A stretch of 64,000 bases of DNA from Octopus sinensis (GCF_006345805.1 NC_042997.1:129642001-129706000); one strand, 5' to 3'; numbered from the stretch's first letter, positions 1-13,587 are shown. Made by a program: numbers and translations. Notes: generated by a model not told the origin, from the sequence alone.

Positions 1-14
1 TATTGTAAAGTTTT

Positions 15-430
15 AATAATAATGATAATGAAATTATTGTGTATGGTTTTAAAGGATGCAATGTCTCTGCAACTAACAACTGATGCAGGTAGTTTGTTCC
101 ATGCTTTAGCAACACTGAGTGTGGAAAAATGTTTCCAAAAGTCATGGGAGCTGTGCTGTTTTCTGATTGTGTAGGAATGCCCACATGTGTTAGACACATG
201 GAGCTCAAAAAAGGTGTTGAAGGTGGTTGTTGGCACGATGGTTAATAATTTTGTGTTTACTAAATCAGTTGCCAGGCGTCGGAGCTTCAATGTATCTATG
301 CCGAGGGAAGTATTAGAGTATCTTTGCATGCACTGAAGATAAGTTACAAAGTTGACTTATTGTGAGTTTTTTTTTCTCCTGCATAGTATTTCCTGTGGTG
401 TGTGGATGGGTGTGCATATATGCCTGCACT
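15..430 (-). mobile_element. CR1/L2-type LINE, decayed 3' end (copy 1)
   Basis: Minus strand reads like the CR1 RT C-terminal tail (FFTLSVAKAWNKLPASVVS-like) and ends in an (ATT)n tail at about 15-35; near-duplicate of 455-900. Confidence 0.65.
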
Positions 431-451
431 ATGATGAAGACCAAATATTGA

Positions 452-1250
452 TAATAATAATAATAATGAAATTATTGTATACAGTGCTCAGGTGCACCAC
501 AACTTGTCAAAAGTGCGTATAAAGCATATGCAGTAATGTACAAATGTCTGGAAAGTGAACAGTGTATGAGTCAGATACATGCTTGCATGTGTATGGAGGG
601 GAGAAAATCAGGTGTAGTGTTGGTGAATCTCAGGAAGCATGGAAGTTTTGAAGGATGCAGTGCTCCGACAACTAACAACTGATGCTGGCAGTTTGTTCTA
701 TGCTTCAGCAACACTTAGCGTGAAAAAATATTTCCGAAAGTTACGGGAGCTGTGTAAACATGTCCAGAGGTGTTAGACAGGTGGAGTTTGAAAAGGTGCT
801 CAGAGTTATTGTTAATAAGATGGTTAATAATTTTATGGGTGTCTGCCAAGTCAGCTGCCAGATGTCGGAGTTTCAATGTATTCATGCCCAGGGAAGTATG
901 GTGTTCAGAATATGGCAAATGCCTGATAGAGGGTATTCTCTTGGTTGCATGTCACTGAATGGTTACCAGACGATTAATATCCTGGGCAAGATAGGGGTTC
1001 CAGACTGATGATGCAAATTCCAGGTGAGGCCGCATCATAGCTATATAAAGCTATATGAGCAGCTCACAAAGGACTTGGTAAGTGATGCCAAGACACCCTC
1101 AGCCTTCTTGGCAACTTTAGCAATGTGTTTTGTCCAGTGCAAATCGCTGTCAACAATAATGCTCAGGTCATGTTCACAAGAAGACTTTTTGAGATTAGTG
1201 TTGTGGAGGGAGTAAGTAGATGCTGGTCCAGTATTTTTTTGAAATAGCAC
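452..1250 (-). mobile_element. CR1/L2-type LINE, decayed RT C-terminus and 3' end (copy 2)
   Basis: ORF 1041-1250 contains SCEHDLSIIVDSDLHWTKHIAKVAKKAEGVL, matching the CR1 post-RT motif (EKDLG.IVD..L.W..HI..V.KKA..VL); (ATT)n tail at about 452-470. Confidence 0.75.
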
Positions 1251-1808
1251 TCAATATTATACAAACATATACAACACGTTTATATTTAATGTATTATTTG
1301 TCTTCTTTACTTTAAATTGCTAAGTATTTTTCTCAATAAACATTTATTTTCAATGAATTACTGTAACCAATTTTTTCTTTCTGATTTTTTAGACAGGAAA
1401 GCTGATTCTTTTAAAACCAAGACCTTCAATATGACACATGGAGATTTAGAAAATTTTAAACTTTTGATGGCCAATTTCATTGTTACTGGATTTTTTATTC
1501 TGAAATCCTGAATGATTTTGTCATAATATATTTTTATATATACATACACACACATACATACATATCACACACACACACACGTGTAATATACATACACACA
1601 CACACATGTAATATACACTTACATACATATATACACAAGTGTATTTATATATATATGTGTGTTATACACAACATGGTTAAATGCTGTATTCTTTTGTATA
1701 AAACCCCAGAGTGCATAATATACACTCACAAAATGTTAAGAGTATGTAGGTATGTATGTATGCATGCATGAATGTAGGTATGTATGCATGTACGCATGTA
1801 TGAATGCT

Positions 1809-1840
<32 letters not shown>

Positions 1841-1844
<4 letters not shown>

Positions 1845-2100
1845 TGTGTGTGTGTATATACATATTGTTTATGCATGTGTGTGTGTATATACATATTGTT
1901 TATGCATGTGTGTGTGTATATACATATTGTTTATGCATGTGTGTGTGTATATACATATTGTTTATGCATGTGTGTGTGTATATACATATTGTTTATGCAT
2001 ATGTGTGTGTGTATATACATATTGTTTATGCATATGTGTGTGTGTGTATATACATATTGTTTATATATATGTGTGTGTGTATATGTATATTGTTTATATA
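1841..2100. repeat. 31-bp minisatellite TGCATGTGTGTGTGTATATACATATTGTTTA
   Basis: About five near-perfect copies at 1841-1995, followed by degenerating copies, embedded in (TA)n/(TG)n. Confidence 0.9.
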
Positions 2101-2490
2101 TATATGTGTGTGTATATACATATATGTGTGTGTGTATATACATATGTATGTGTATGTATATACATATGTATGTGTGTGTATTTAATGTGCAGGGTTACAG
2201 TCTCAGATTACAACATTCCATTTCTTTGTTTCATGTCTTTGACCTGGGCTATTCTTGTGGCAGTGTTAGCTGACAGAACAGATCCTTTCTCAGACAGTGA
2301 AAAAAAAATCTTTTCCATCAGCTAGCATTGTCTGGAAAATGTGCAAGATTAAAGGCATGAAACTGTAAGATTGTAAGTAAAAGAGTGCTGTATCTGGAAT
2401 TGTAATCCTGTACATTAAATATATATTCTACCTAGGTATTAAAAAAGTCTTCTTTTACTTCGTCCCTGTTTTACTATGTCCATGATCTCA

Positions 2491-2525
<35 letters not shown>

Positions 2526-2695
2526 CACTAAATTAAATTGGGCACTATATCCAAGATAGAAGAAAATATGCACTGAATTACTCATGTGGGTGGTTCTTTC
2601 CATATTACACTCAATGCTTATAAAGTGTCTAATTCAATTTCATGCTTATAATTGACAATCTTAACCATTTTACATTACATACACAAATGCAGAGC

Positions 2696-2939
2696 GATTT
2701 TCTTAAAGGTTATTAACTATTTAGAAAAATTCTTCGAAAAACAGAAAGGCACAAATCTTTTGAACCTAAGTTTTAGTATTGTGTGCAAGTGCTTTCATTT
2801 TTCAGTTTTCCAAACACATTCGAAAAATTGAACAAAAGAAGCACTTTCACAACAATATGGACACTTCATTCCAAAAGGTTCATGCTGTTCTGTTTTTCTG
2901 AGAATTATTTTTAAATAATTAATAACCTTTAAGAAAATC
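2696..2939. mobile_element. MITE-like inverted-repeat element
   Basis: GATTTTCTTAAAGGTTATTAACTATTT at the left end versus AAATAATTAATAACCTTTAAGAAAATC at the right end; weaker internal symmetry. Confidence 0.6.
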
Positions 2940-5900
2940 TTTCTTTAAATATTGTGACTATTATTGAATAGTGTTTGCAAAAACCTGTTTTCAAGTGTGT
3001 GTGTGTGTGTGTATTTGAAAGTGCTATTTTATGAGATAGTAAGTATTTATTAAATTATTTCTTTATACATTAGAGTATGATTCATACTCTAGATATTGCC
3101 AAATGTATACAAAATTATTATGATGTTTGGTTATTAGCAGTAAAAAGTAAGTTTGAGAATTTCCTAGTAATTAAGGTGCAGTTATTTTTTTATAGTTATA
3201 AATTGCAAATAAAGAGTTCACTTCCATCTACAATGTCTGGATTTTGAAAGGTTTTGCTCAGAAGAAAGAACATATAAAAAAACTGAACTCTTTCTTACAT
3301 GGTATACACCTAATTGTATGATATATAGATTTCAAAAAGTTACTTTCGATAGGAGGGAGAAAATACTGAAAGAAATAGTTTAGGCTGACAGAGAGAAAGT
3401 AAGAGAGTTGCCTCAGTCTTAGATTGCAAAAGAGATAGGGAAAAAAGATTGATAGCAAGCAGGTATGTTGTTTCAGCCATGAGAGAGAGAGAGAGAAGAG
3501 AATAAGAATGACAGTGTTTTTTAGTCATGTATCAAGTGGCTAAGTTATCATTAAATGACAGGAGAGCAAAATGTATTGTTTATACAAGGTATATAGATTC
3601 CAGTAAATGAAGTTCTGATAAATTGTATTTAGTTATTTATCTATGTTTTGTGTATTTAAGAGTTCAGATCAGTAGAGTGATTGAGAAAAGTTTTGAAGGA
3701 GAAGCTGAGCGGAGAGTAGGTGGTGAAGTGTACCTGATATAATGAGTGAGAGAAAGGCAGGGAAATCTAAAATCTGGTTTCAAATGTAGAAGATGCTAGT
3801 TGATTAAATATAATGAAAATAAAAGTGGAGTTTTAGGAGAAAAGGAAAGTATTTCAATTCTGATTACATCTAATGTTTGGCAAGTACGATTCCAAAATTT
3901 GGCAAGAGAATTCAGATGGAAAGGAAAATAATTTTTTAGGTTGAATATTTAAGCAAAAAATTTGTTGACTCATTTTCTGTTAGTTAATTAAAATAATTTG
4001 ATTTTAAGTTTTAGTAATCTTGTTGAACCCTTTCACTTTCAAAATGTCCTTGACATCTGGTATAAAGCAAAACCAGAGTAACATATTAAACTAAAGTGAG
4101 TTAAGGAGAATAAATTAAGTCCTTACAAAAGCAAAGATAACGTCCTCAAGTAACAACAGTTCTTGGTCCAAAACATTGGGATTTAGTTAATTGTTAATAT
4201 TGACATAACATTTGTCATGTTTGTTGTTTTACATATCTCACAGACTTCTTGAGTAATTTAGAAAGGTGTCATAGATACCACAGTATTTGTTGATTGAAAT
4301 TAAGCAGTAAAATATAATAATATGATTTATATTTGGAAACAAACCAAATATCTAAATGTAGCTTCATATTGTTTTAGTTAGCACTTTTAGAAAGATTTTT
4401 TTTGTGCTTTTTTGTTATTTGATTATAGTTTTCATTTTTGCAATGTGTTGTTTTCCCCCTCACCCTTATCCAGCTTGAGTTTTTTCCTTTTAATGTAACC
4501 TTGCTTTCACTTTTTTATCAGAAATCAAGGACATTTTGAAAATAAACAGGTGCAGCAAGATTACTAAATTTCTATGTAAACTAACATAGGATAGAGAGTG
4601 CAGCAGATTCTCTTATGTTTAAATATATAAAAATTTAAGCTTAATTTGGTTAGGGGTATTAAAGAATTTGAATTTATTTTAAATATTTCTGAGATTTCGG
4701 GTGATAAATTCAAGGGTTTTGTTGGAAAGAATTTTCAAGTAAAAAATTAAAAAAAAAGATAAATAAATCATCTATATCAAAAAATTATAATTATGCATAA
4801 AACCAAATATGGTTTAAAGATGAAAATTAAAATAGACTTAATCAAGAGAAAGAATAAAAGATTTTAAATAACTTAAATCAAAAGAAAAAGAAAGAAAATA
4901 ATGGATTTTTATTTTCTTTATTTAGATTAAATTCTAATTTTCATATTTATACTATTTTTCTGTTTCTCTCCATCTAAAGTATATCCCAATGTCCTTTAAC
5001 TGTTCCTTTTGCCCCTACCCCTTTAAAAAATTTCTTCCTATTAAATGAAATATTCTCAAAATTCCAAAACATCAGAAGTTTAGGTGAATACATTAAGACT
5101 TTTAATTCCTTTTTTCATTGAATTCCTTCAAGCAAAACGTTTTGAAATATATATATTATAGATTGACTTGAGCATTATATAACCTCAATATAAATTATAA
5201 TTATAATTTAAACCTCACTAAAAAAATAGAATAAAATCTCACAAGAGAATAAAATCTCACTAGAAAATACTATTTTTTTTTTTTTAAAAATTCAGAATCT
5301 TAAGAATTTTGCATGTGGTGGACAATATTGAATGACCAAAACTCTCTATTGTATGAAATGAAATAATTTTACACACACGCGCGCGCGCACACACACACAC
5401 ACACATTTATATTAAGAAATTAGGAAATGAGCAAAAAAAGAAGACATGTTGATGATGTATATAAAACTCTTTCTGTGTGTATGTGTGTGTGTGTGTGTGT
5501 AGGTGGGTGCACACATACACACACATAGATATGTACCGAAATATACAGAAATATGTGTGTATATAAGGAGTTAGATATGTATAGGGATATAAATATGTGT
5601 GTATATATATATAAATACACACACACACAGTTAATTTGAGGAAGTCAAATCCTCATTAGAGATTATATAATCCAAGGTATTCCATTGGTTTAATCCGTAT
5701 CATAATGGTAATGCCATTGGTATATGTTTAAGATTATTGAAATTTTCAACATTGAGGGAAAACAGGGAGAAGAAAATGGAAAATAAATGGATGTAATTAC
5801 TGATTTATTTGCATGTCATAAAAAAATATTTGTTTTGAAAAAAACATTACAAATAAATTGATTGGAAGTTGAAAGCTGAAAAAAAAATTAAGATAAAAAT

Positions 5901-6917
5901 AGAAAAAAGAATCTACATTATGTTTTAGTCATACCATTTAGATGATAGGAATCTCCAAGCATATTACTTAATGCCAAGGAAGTTGCCACATTCAAACTAT
6001 ATTGTGGCAGGAGTTCATCAGTATTCAAAAAAGGGCTAATGCAACTTAAGTAATCATTTTATCTTTTGAGGGAAGTGTATAGTATTAGCAGGTTACAAAA
6101 AATAAATTGAATAGGAATTCAATTGACAATCTAATAATTTGTTTATATTATAATATAACATAATATAATATAAGATAACATTTAAAAAATCATTAAAAAA
6201 TCAAAAGAGCCAACAATTTGTTTCATATGTTTATGAATTTGTGTGTGTGTGTACATGTACATATATTTGTTTGTGTATCTTGACGTTACGTCCTTTGTTA
6301 GTTAATGAAGAGCACCTAGAATGCGTGTATGCATGTGCATGTGTATATATAGACATGATATTTCAATCATACCTGTTCATTTGTAAATATTTCCAAGCAC
6401 ATCAGTAAACCATTTGCAGATTTTTTATAACTCCTTTTAATAAAACTCATGAAAAGAATGTTTTTTTCTAAAATACCTGCTTTCTTTTGCAGAAAGTGAA
6501 CTAATTTTACATGTGATGTAATTTTATTGTTTTTTTTTTTTTAAGAATGAAAAAAAAAAATGACATTTATATAAATTTTTCTCTGACTTGGCTCATTTAT
6601 TTTAATGTTATTGCTCATGATGTTGTTAACTGTTTCTTTTTTTTTTTTATCTAATGACCCCCTTTCAGTCCTCTGAGACTGGCAGATGAAAGACAAGAAG
6701 TTATCCTTAGACTAGAGAGCTGGCCTGATCATTTGCAATAGTGGATGTCACAAAAACAATGAAAATTTCATTGGTTGTGTTAAATTGGTTAGTTAGCTAG
6801 TTAAGTCTGCTACTCAAGAATGGGAACTATCCATTGAATGGGCTTCTACATGGTTTCATTTCATAAGATTTCACTTGCGAATCTTTAGTTGATTTAAGGC
6901 AATACTAAAAGTCATTG

Positions 6918-7262
6918 TCATTCATCATCATCATTGTTTAATGTCCGCTTTCCATGCTAGCATGGGTTGGACGATTTGACTGAGAGCTGGCGAACCAGAT
7001 GGCTGCACCAGGCTCCAATCTTGATCTGGCAGAGTTTCTACAGCTGGATGCCCTTCCTAATGCCAACCAATCTGAGAGTGTAGTGGGTGCTTTTACGTGC
7101 CACCGGCATGGGGGCCAATCAGGCAGTAGTGGCAACGACCTCGCTCGAATCTTTTTACACATGTCACCAGCACGGAAGCCAGTTAGCTGCTCTGGCAATG
7201 ATCACACTTGGATGGTGATCTTAGCACCCTACTAGCATGGGGCACAAGTGCCAGTAAGTCAT
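6918..7262 (-). mobile_element. RTE-LINE 3'UTR-type repeat (family A, (GAT)n tail)
   Basis: catcatcattgtttaatgtccgctttccatgctagcatggg...ctggatgcccttcctaatgccaacc, shared with about 18 other copies in the window. Confidence 0.85.
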
Positions 7263-7599
7263 TATAGAGGAAATAGTGATATATATAGTCCAAATAATCA
7301 AAGATGTAATTTATAGCAAAAGTAGGTTTGTAATTGAACATGGAACTTTGGATCCTATAAATTTGATTTAGCAAGGAGATGCTCTATAGAACATATACAA
7401 TTTTACTTTGCATGACAGAGTATACTTTTATGCCCTATTTTAGGCAAAAAGATAGTGAGGAATAACTTTACATCACTTCTTTTCATTACTATCTTTCAAG
7501 CTTTGCTATCAAAATTCAATGCTGAGTATCTATTGAAGTTGCTTAATGTTGATGAGATGGTTGTTATTGGAGCATAGTGAATTTGAAATCTAGATAAGT

Positions 7600-8200
7600 T
7601 GTGAAATTAATTAATGATTAGATCCACAGAAATGCAATAGCATTATGGATTTAGTGACAATCAGCACATAAGGTGGTAGGCTCATATTGTGTGATATCAG
7701 TTGCAGTAACAGGGAAGAAAGAGATGCACTTATATGACTGTCTAAAATGCCATATACTGAAGTTTATAGATCGCCCAGCGATATTTATTGAGGTAGAAGA
7801 AAGGTATTATTACCTCAGTAACTTGGACAAGTATGATGTGCAACCCAGTGGTATATAATAACTGAAGTTAAGGAAACTAAAGAAGGGCATATCTCATCAT
7901 TTACTTTAACTGCTGTACCATTACAGCAGTTAAGGTTAAATGAGACTGGATAGTGAAACATGGAGGAAAGCATTGCAGTTGAGAGATCAACCTAATGGCA
8001 TAGCCTCATGAAAGGTGCTGTAGCATCTGAGTAAACCAGGATCAGATAAGCTGAGCAGAAGAGAAAGTTATGAAAGTAGAGAGTCACAAATGCATTAGTA
8101 TAGAGTTCCAAACGTATTTGTCCAATATACAACATTCTTGTCAGCCTTTTATGGAAATAAATTAATGTAAACGATATAAAACCCACACAAATTCCACCCC
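7600..8200 (+). mobile_element. Highly decayed RTE/BovB-like LINE 3' end
   Basis: Stop-riddled frame NMEESIAVERST*WHSLMKGAVASE*TRIR*AEQKRKL resembles the RTE-BovB C-terminus (WE.LA.DRS.WR.L..KG...E..R...AE.KR). Confidence 0.4.
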
Positions 8201-8315
8201 ACTCCTTAACTAGATTTCTGTACAAAAAGTTATTACTTTTTTTTTGTGTTGACTGTTTTTACTTAATTCTGGAAGAAAAATCTATAACTACCTTATCGAT
8301 ATTACAGCATTTATT

Positions 8316-8905
8316 CATCATCATCGTTGTTTAACGTCTGTTTTCCATGCTGGCATGGGTTGGACGGTTTGACTGAAGACTGGCAAGCCAGTAGGCTGTA
8401 CCAGGTTTCAATATGATCTGGCAAGGTTTCTACAGCAGGATGCCCTTCCTAATGCCAACCACTCCGAGAGTGTAGTGCGTGCTTTTTATGTGCCACTGGC
8501 ATGGGAGCCAGTTAGGCAGCACTAGTATTGACCTTGTTCGGATGGTGTTTTTTACATGCCACCGGCACAGGAGCAAGTAGGTGGGGCACTGGTATCGACC
8601 ATGTTTGGATGGTGCTTTTTACGTGCCACTGGCATCGACCCACGCTTGAATGGCGCTTATTACATGCCACCAGCACGAGTGCCAGTCAACCGGCACTGGC
8701 ATCAGCCACAACCACAATTTCCATTTTGATTTCTATTTTATTTGACTCAATAGGTCTTCTCAAGCATAGCGTATCGTCCGACGATTCAGGGGTACTTTTA
8801 AATGGGCTGGTTATGCCATACCTGGTATCAACCATGGCTATGATCTCACTTTTCTTACTGGGTCATTGGCCAAGATTCAATTTCACTTGACTGGACAGAT
8901 TTTTG
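8316..8905 (-). mobile_element. Family A RTE 3'UTR repeat, long copy
   Basis: Same motif set as 6918-7262, extended by internal ttttacgtgccac repeats. Confidence 0.85.
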
Positions 8906-10859
8906 TTGACTGGAATGAAACAGTAAAATATGCACTTAACAAAATATAGATGGGGACGACTGACTTCAAGATATTTGAATGTAGCACCATTTAACAGTAG
9001 TAAGCTACTGGGGAAATTTCTTAATCATCTTGTGAGCAGACACCCTGTGGCCATTTGGGATTCTTTTTGGAACGTGTTCATTTATTAACAGCTCAGTTTT
9101 AATGTCACATGGCTTTCATTTTGTACTAAATGCAAGAACATTTGGAAACGAACGTCTTTACATGATTACCAAGATTATTGAATACATGACATTTTTTACG
9201 GGTACTACGTGAAACTTATGCTTTGTCTTCTGCATTACATAATTTCTTTTAATTAGATTTATGATGCTCACAGCAATGCTTATGGCTAATATATAACTAA
9301 AATACTTTGACAGATAATTATGAAAGTGAACAACTGACATAGCACGTAACGTAAGCTTGCTAATAGAAGGGAAGTAAATAGTACCGGTAGTGTTTTCTAT
9401 AGTTATCTCCCCTTTCTCAGTCGTCATTAGCAATTTGCAATAATTTATTTTACTTTCACTTGCATTTCATTCTCTTTCTTTCGCCACCTGCAGCATAATT
9501 TCCTTCCTCACTACCGACTCTAAATATATTCAGTCTCTCTCCATACACACACTATAAATACACATTTTTTCTGTACTCTTTCATCCTAAACGCTAGAAAT
9601 ATTCTGTCTCTCCACATTAGAAACATACTCTTCTATACACACTTCATAAACAATCTCAGTAACAGCACACACAAAACACCATTCTCGTTATACATACATT
9701 CTAATTATGCTTTCTTAACACACACATGCTTTTCCCTTCAAAATATGAGGAGTCTCTCCCTAAAAATATTTACACACTCTCTTATTTACTACGGACACTA
9801 TATACTATCACCTGACAAATTATTACATAATCTCGGTCTCTTACATTCTTTCACCATTTTACAATATGCCTGTGGTTTTTAGTTATGTCCCTTTACATTC
9901 TGAGTTCAAATCCTACCGAAGTCAACACTGATAAAATGAATATCACTCACACGTTAGGGTCTAAATACTATTCCGAGAATAACTGAAGGCTAACAAACCG
10001 CTGTATCAATCTCTTACATTCATATTCTCTTTTGACCCCCCTCCCTCTCTCTTTGCACTCATACCCTCTTTTTTTTTGTTTTTGCACTCTATTTGCTACA
10101 CTCACTTATTTTGTACTTCCCGTCTTTTTCTCTTACACTCATTTTTCTTGCTCTTTCCTCATCCTACTACCACTTCATGCAACATCATTAAAACTTGCGC
10201 AGTCGCTTATCGGGTTTCTGTCCATTTTCCTCAATCTCTTCTATTAAATACATACACTTTATCTTTCACAATCTTTCTTTCTCTCTCACACACACATATA
10301 CACCCTCTCACATGCTACCTGTTTCTAACCCCACCACACCCAAACAGATACGCAGTTTCTCCCCCATGTACACCTACTTTCACTCTATATCCTCGTTCCT
10401 CCCTCAATCATCACCACCACAACAACCACCAAAGGTCTAACTCAGTTCACACCACCTCCGCTACCAACACCAAGCTTTACTCAATTCACTACCACTACCA
10501 AGATTCCATATAGAGTGCATCTCTGGGTGCTGCTGTAGTAGTAGTATACAACTGTATAATGCAGTATACCGTGCATTTCAATACACCAGTTGCAGTCAGT
10601 ACACGCGCACACACATGTACTTACACTCACACACACTCTCTGACAATACATACATAAATGCATACATGTTCTCTCTCTCTCTCTGTCTCTGCCATTATAT
10701 GTGTGTAGTCTATCATATTTTCATTGCTTGTTCAACATGTCAGATCAACTTAAGTTATGGAACTATCGTAATATTTCAGAACTGTCTGTCTGTGTGTCCT
10801 TTCCTTCTTGAATCAATGAATGTCGACTGCAACATCTGTTATTTTCTGTAACAGATGTT

Positions 10860-11100
10860 ATTCAACAAACTACACTCACTTCTTCCCTCACTATTCTCGC
10901 TCTTTCACTCACTCACCGGTACTAGTTAGTTTGGCGGTCGCGGGAGAGAGGTTTCATTTAATTATTTTTTCTTTTTTTTTTCGCGCTGTGCTATGGTTAG
11001 ATTCTTTAAAAGTATTTGTGTGTTTGTAAGAGAGAGAGAGACGTTCAGTCTTAATATTTTAACTTTTTACCAGAGACGTAGTGTCACTCAACGCAATGAA
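10860..11100 (-). promoter_or_regulatory. CpG cluster / candidate non-coding first exon ending in donor CCG|GTGAGT at 10917/10916
   Basis: Local CpG enrichment, consensus 5' splice site on the minus strand and an E2F-like TTTGGCGG; no transcript data. Confidence 0.35.
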
Positions 11101-11347
11101 CTTCTAAACAAGACGGCTATTTTTAGATTTTTTTAGGGTAAATTAAAAAAAAAAGACAATTTATTTAACAGAATCTATAGAATTTTTTATGTAATAAATA
11201 ATGAAATTTTTTCGAGAATCTTCACTATGGAATTGTTGTGTTCTTTGTAGTAACGAAACCACTCTTCATGAAAATCTAAATACGACTTGTGTCAACGTGG
11301 TCTATTAGAAAATAACAGCTAAATCCCCTTAAGTCACATTCTAACAG

Positions 11348-11794
11348 TAGCGTTCCCCAGCCGGGTTTTCCCGGAACATACAGGTTCCACGAGAATAGCC
11401 ATAAATAGGCTAATTATATGCAAATGCATTTCGAGTAATTTTTGTGGTTAATTCTATTTTCGTAATTTTATTATTGTACACGCACAGCATATTTGAAATC
11501 TCCGTATCTGTAGGTAGTAAGGATAACCTACGATCGAAAAAGACGACCTTTTAGTAAAAAATTGTAATGGAATTTGGTCTAAATGCTTTGGTAAAGACAA
11601 ATTTCTTTAAACTCTCTTCGTAGTATTTGATGGATTTAATCTTTCAAAGACTTTTATGATTTGTTTAATATTTTTATGAAATTTAACTTAATGAAAGAAA
11701 AATTAATGAAGATATATATTTCTATATAGGTATTCCTTGATACATGGGTTGTATTTCAATAATTCCTCAAGAGTAAAACGGTCGTGAAACGCTG
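11348..11794. mobile_element. hAT/Charlie-like non-autonomous element
   Basis: Imperfect TIRs AGCGTTCCCCAGCCG and CGGTCGTGAAACGCTG; sub-terminal gggtt..ggaac..ggttccacg; right flank CTCTACAT resembles the Charlie target consensus. Confidence 0.45.
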
Positions 11795-13345
11795 CTCTAC
11801 ATTCTTAAAAGAAGGTGCACACTATAAAATGTACTTCAACACGGTGTTGAATTTCGTTTTTAGCCAAGATTGCTTTCGTCAACATCAGTAATTTGTCTTT
11901 TAAAAAAATATTTGATCAAAAAGAAAATGTCTTCTTTCAGATGAACTAAAGTGTTCGATAACGATAATAAATCGATGAAACCTGTGTAATACAATTGTGT
12001 CACGAGAATATTTATTCAATTAATTCGTTAAGTATAAATATATTGCATGATAAATAAAAACTGCTGGATAAAATTTAACAATGGTTTTATTTACACTCTT
12101 CACGGGTTGATCAATCAATGTAGCAATGACAAGTTATACTAATCATTATAAATTGTACATACATTATGACGCTTCGATTTCGACATAAAAAAGAACAAAA
12201 ATAATATACAAAGATTAATGTCACAAATATACCATAAAAAGTGAAAGACACATATACTAAAAAGGAATGTTACAGTTATAGAGACGAACACAACGTTCCA
12301 CAAATTTGTTGATGAAAGGGTGGAGGGGAAAGGTGTGTGTGGGGGGAATACGCTCATATAAAGAACATAATAAATATGTGACAGGTGCAAGTGTGTCCGC
12401 ATGATGCGTGCGTTACTTGCGAGTAAAGTCTACATGCTTTCGTACAAGTGAGTCTGTACGAAGTTCGATGCATATAACCTGTCAAAAGCGTGTAACTTGT
12501 TACATTGGGGGAAGCAGAAGTAACTGTAGATGTAAGTTGTTGCATTCAGTCATGATTGCAAGTGGCATAGCTGCGTATATGTAATATAGTTCATCTGTAC
12601 AAGTGTAGAAAAGTTCAGCATCATTTGTGGAAATCGTTAGTGAGAAATCTGAGAACATAAGCTGTTGTTGAAAAGTAGTCTAGTGAGCTCATGGTAGTTC
12701 TTGTGTAGGTTCGACCGTAGCTCTGCTAGTTGGGGAGGGTGGAATGATCGTTGAGTCGGTCACTGAACTTTGTGGCAGTTTCTGGTTTGCCAATAAAAGC
12801 TACATATGAATTGATAGTTTCATAGCTGGTCTGCTGTACATCATTGCTATCCCATGGTACTTAATAGCTTTTCTGCTGTGCCTAAGACTACGATGACTGC
12901 CAGAAACACTGCTTTGTGGTACTTTTCATGTGTGCTGGGCCTGGAACTTTGAGCTAGGGTGTATACCCGACAACCATCAATTCGTTTTTGAGTGGCCAGA
13001 GTCGTCCGTTGATATATAGCATCAGTTTGCTGATTGGTTCGAAAGGTGATTGACGCAGGCACGTCTGTTATTGGGCAGAGCACCTGGATAGGTGAACGGG
13101 CAGTTGCATGGTCCAAAAGATAATGTAGGTACGTCCCCTGAAGAAGTAGACATATTAGCTGACTAGTTTTGAAGCTGATGATATAGACACGATTGTTGAC
13201 GAAAGCCTGTAAGTTGCACAGATTTTTAGTTTTACATTTGAGTCACTGACATGCCATGAATATGTGCGCGTGTACGTGTGTAATAGTGCATTCGTATTCC
13301 GAGAGAGAGAGAGAAAGAATACATTCTACTAAACAGGTTCTGTGT

Positions 13346-13587
13346 AGAGGCGCGTGGCTTAGTGGTTAGGGTGTCAGCATCATGATCGTAAGATTGTGGT
13401 TTCGATTCCTGGACCGGGCGACGCGTTGTGTTCTTGAGCAAAACACTTCATTTCACGTTGCTCCAGTTCACTCAGCTGGCAAAAATGAGTAACGCTGCGA
13501 TGGACTGGCGTCCCGTCCAGCTGGGGAACACATACACCATTGAAACCGGGCCCATGAGCCTGGCTAGGCTTTAAAAGGGCGCATTTA
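13346..13587 (+). mobile_element. tRNA-head SINE (family E)
   Basis: A-box TGGCTTAGTGG and B-box GTTTCGATTCC; core gttcttgagcaaaacact...ccagttcactcagctg; homologous to 29733-29986. Confidence 0.85.

Noticed and set aside
4120-4180. Minus-strand peptide NPNVLDQELLLLEDVIFAF reminiscent of gamma-tubulin complex proteins
   Set aside because: In-frame stop immediately upstream and no convincing acceptor
5630-5670. CUAAUGA-GGA..UCC-UCAAA on the minus strand
   Set aside because: Two core positions are broken and there is no stem I or III; at best a dead relic
12323-12512. Plus-strand PPT-TG...CA-TGGGGG arrangement suggesting a solo LTR
   Set aside because: No second LTR copy or TSD, and the orientation is opposite to the Gypsy coding remnants
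13175-13215. CUGAUGA...GAAA spacing
   Set aside because: No stem II or stem I pairing
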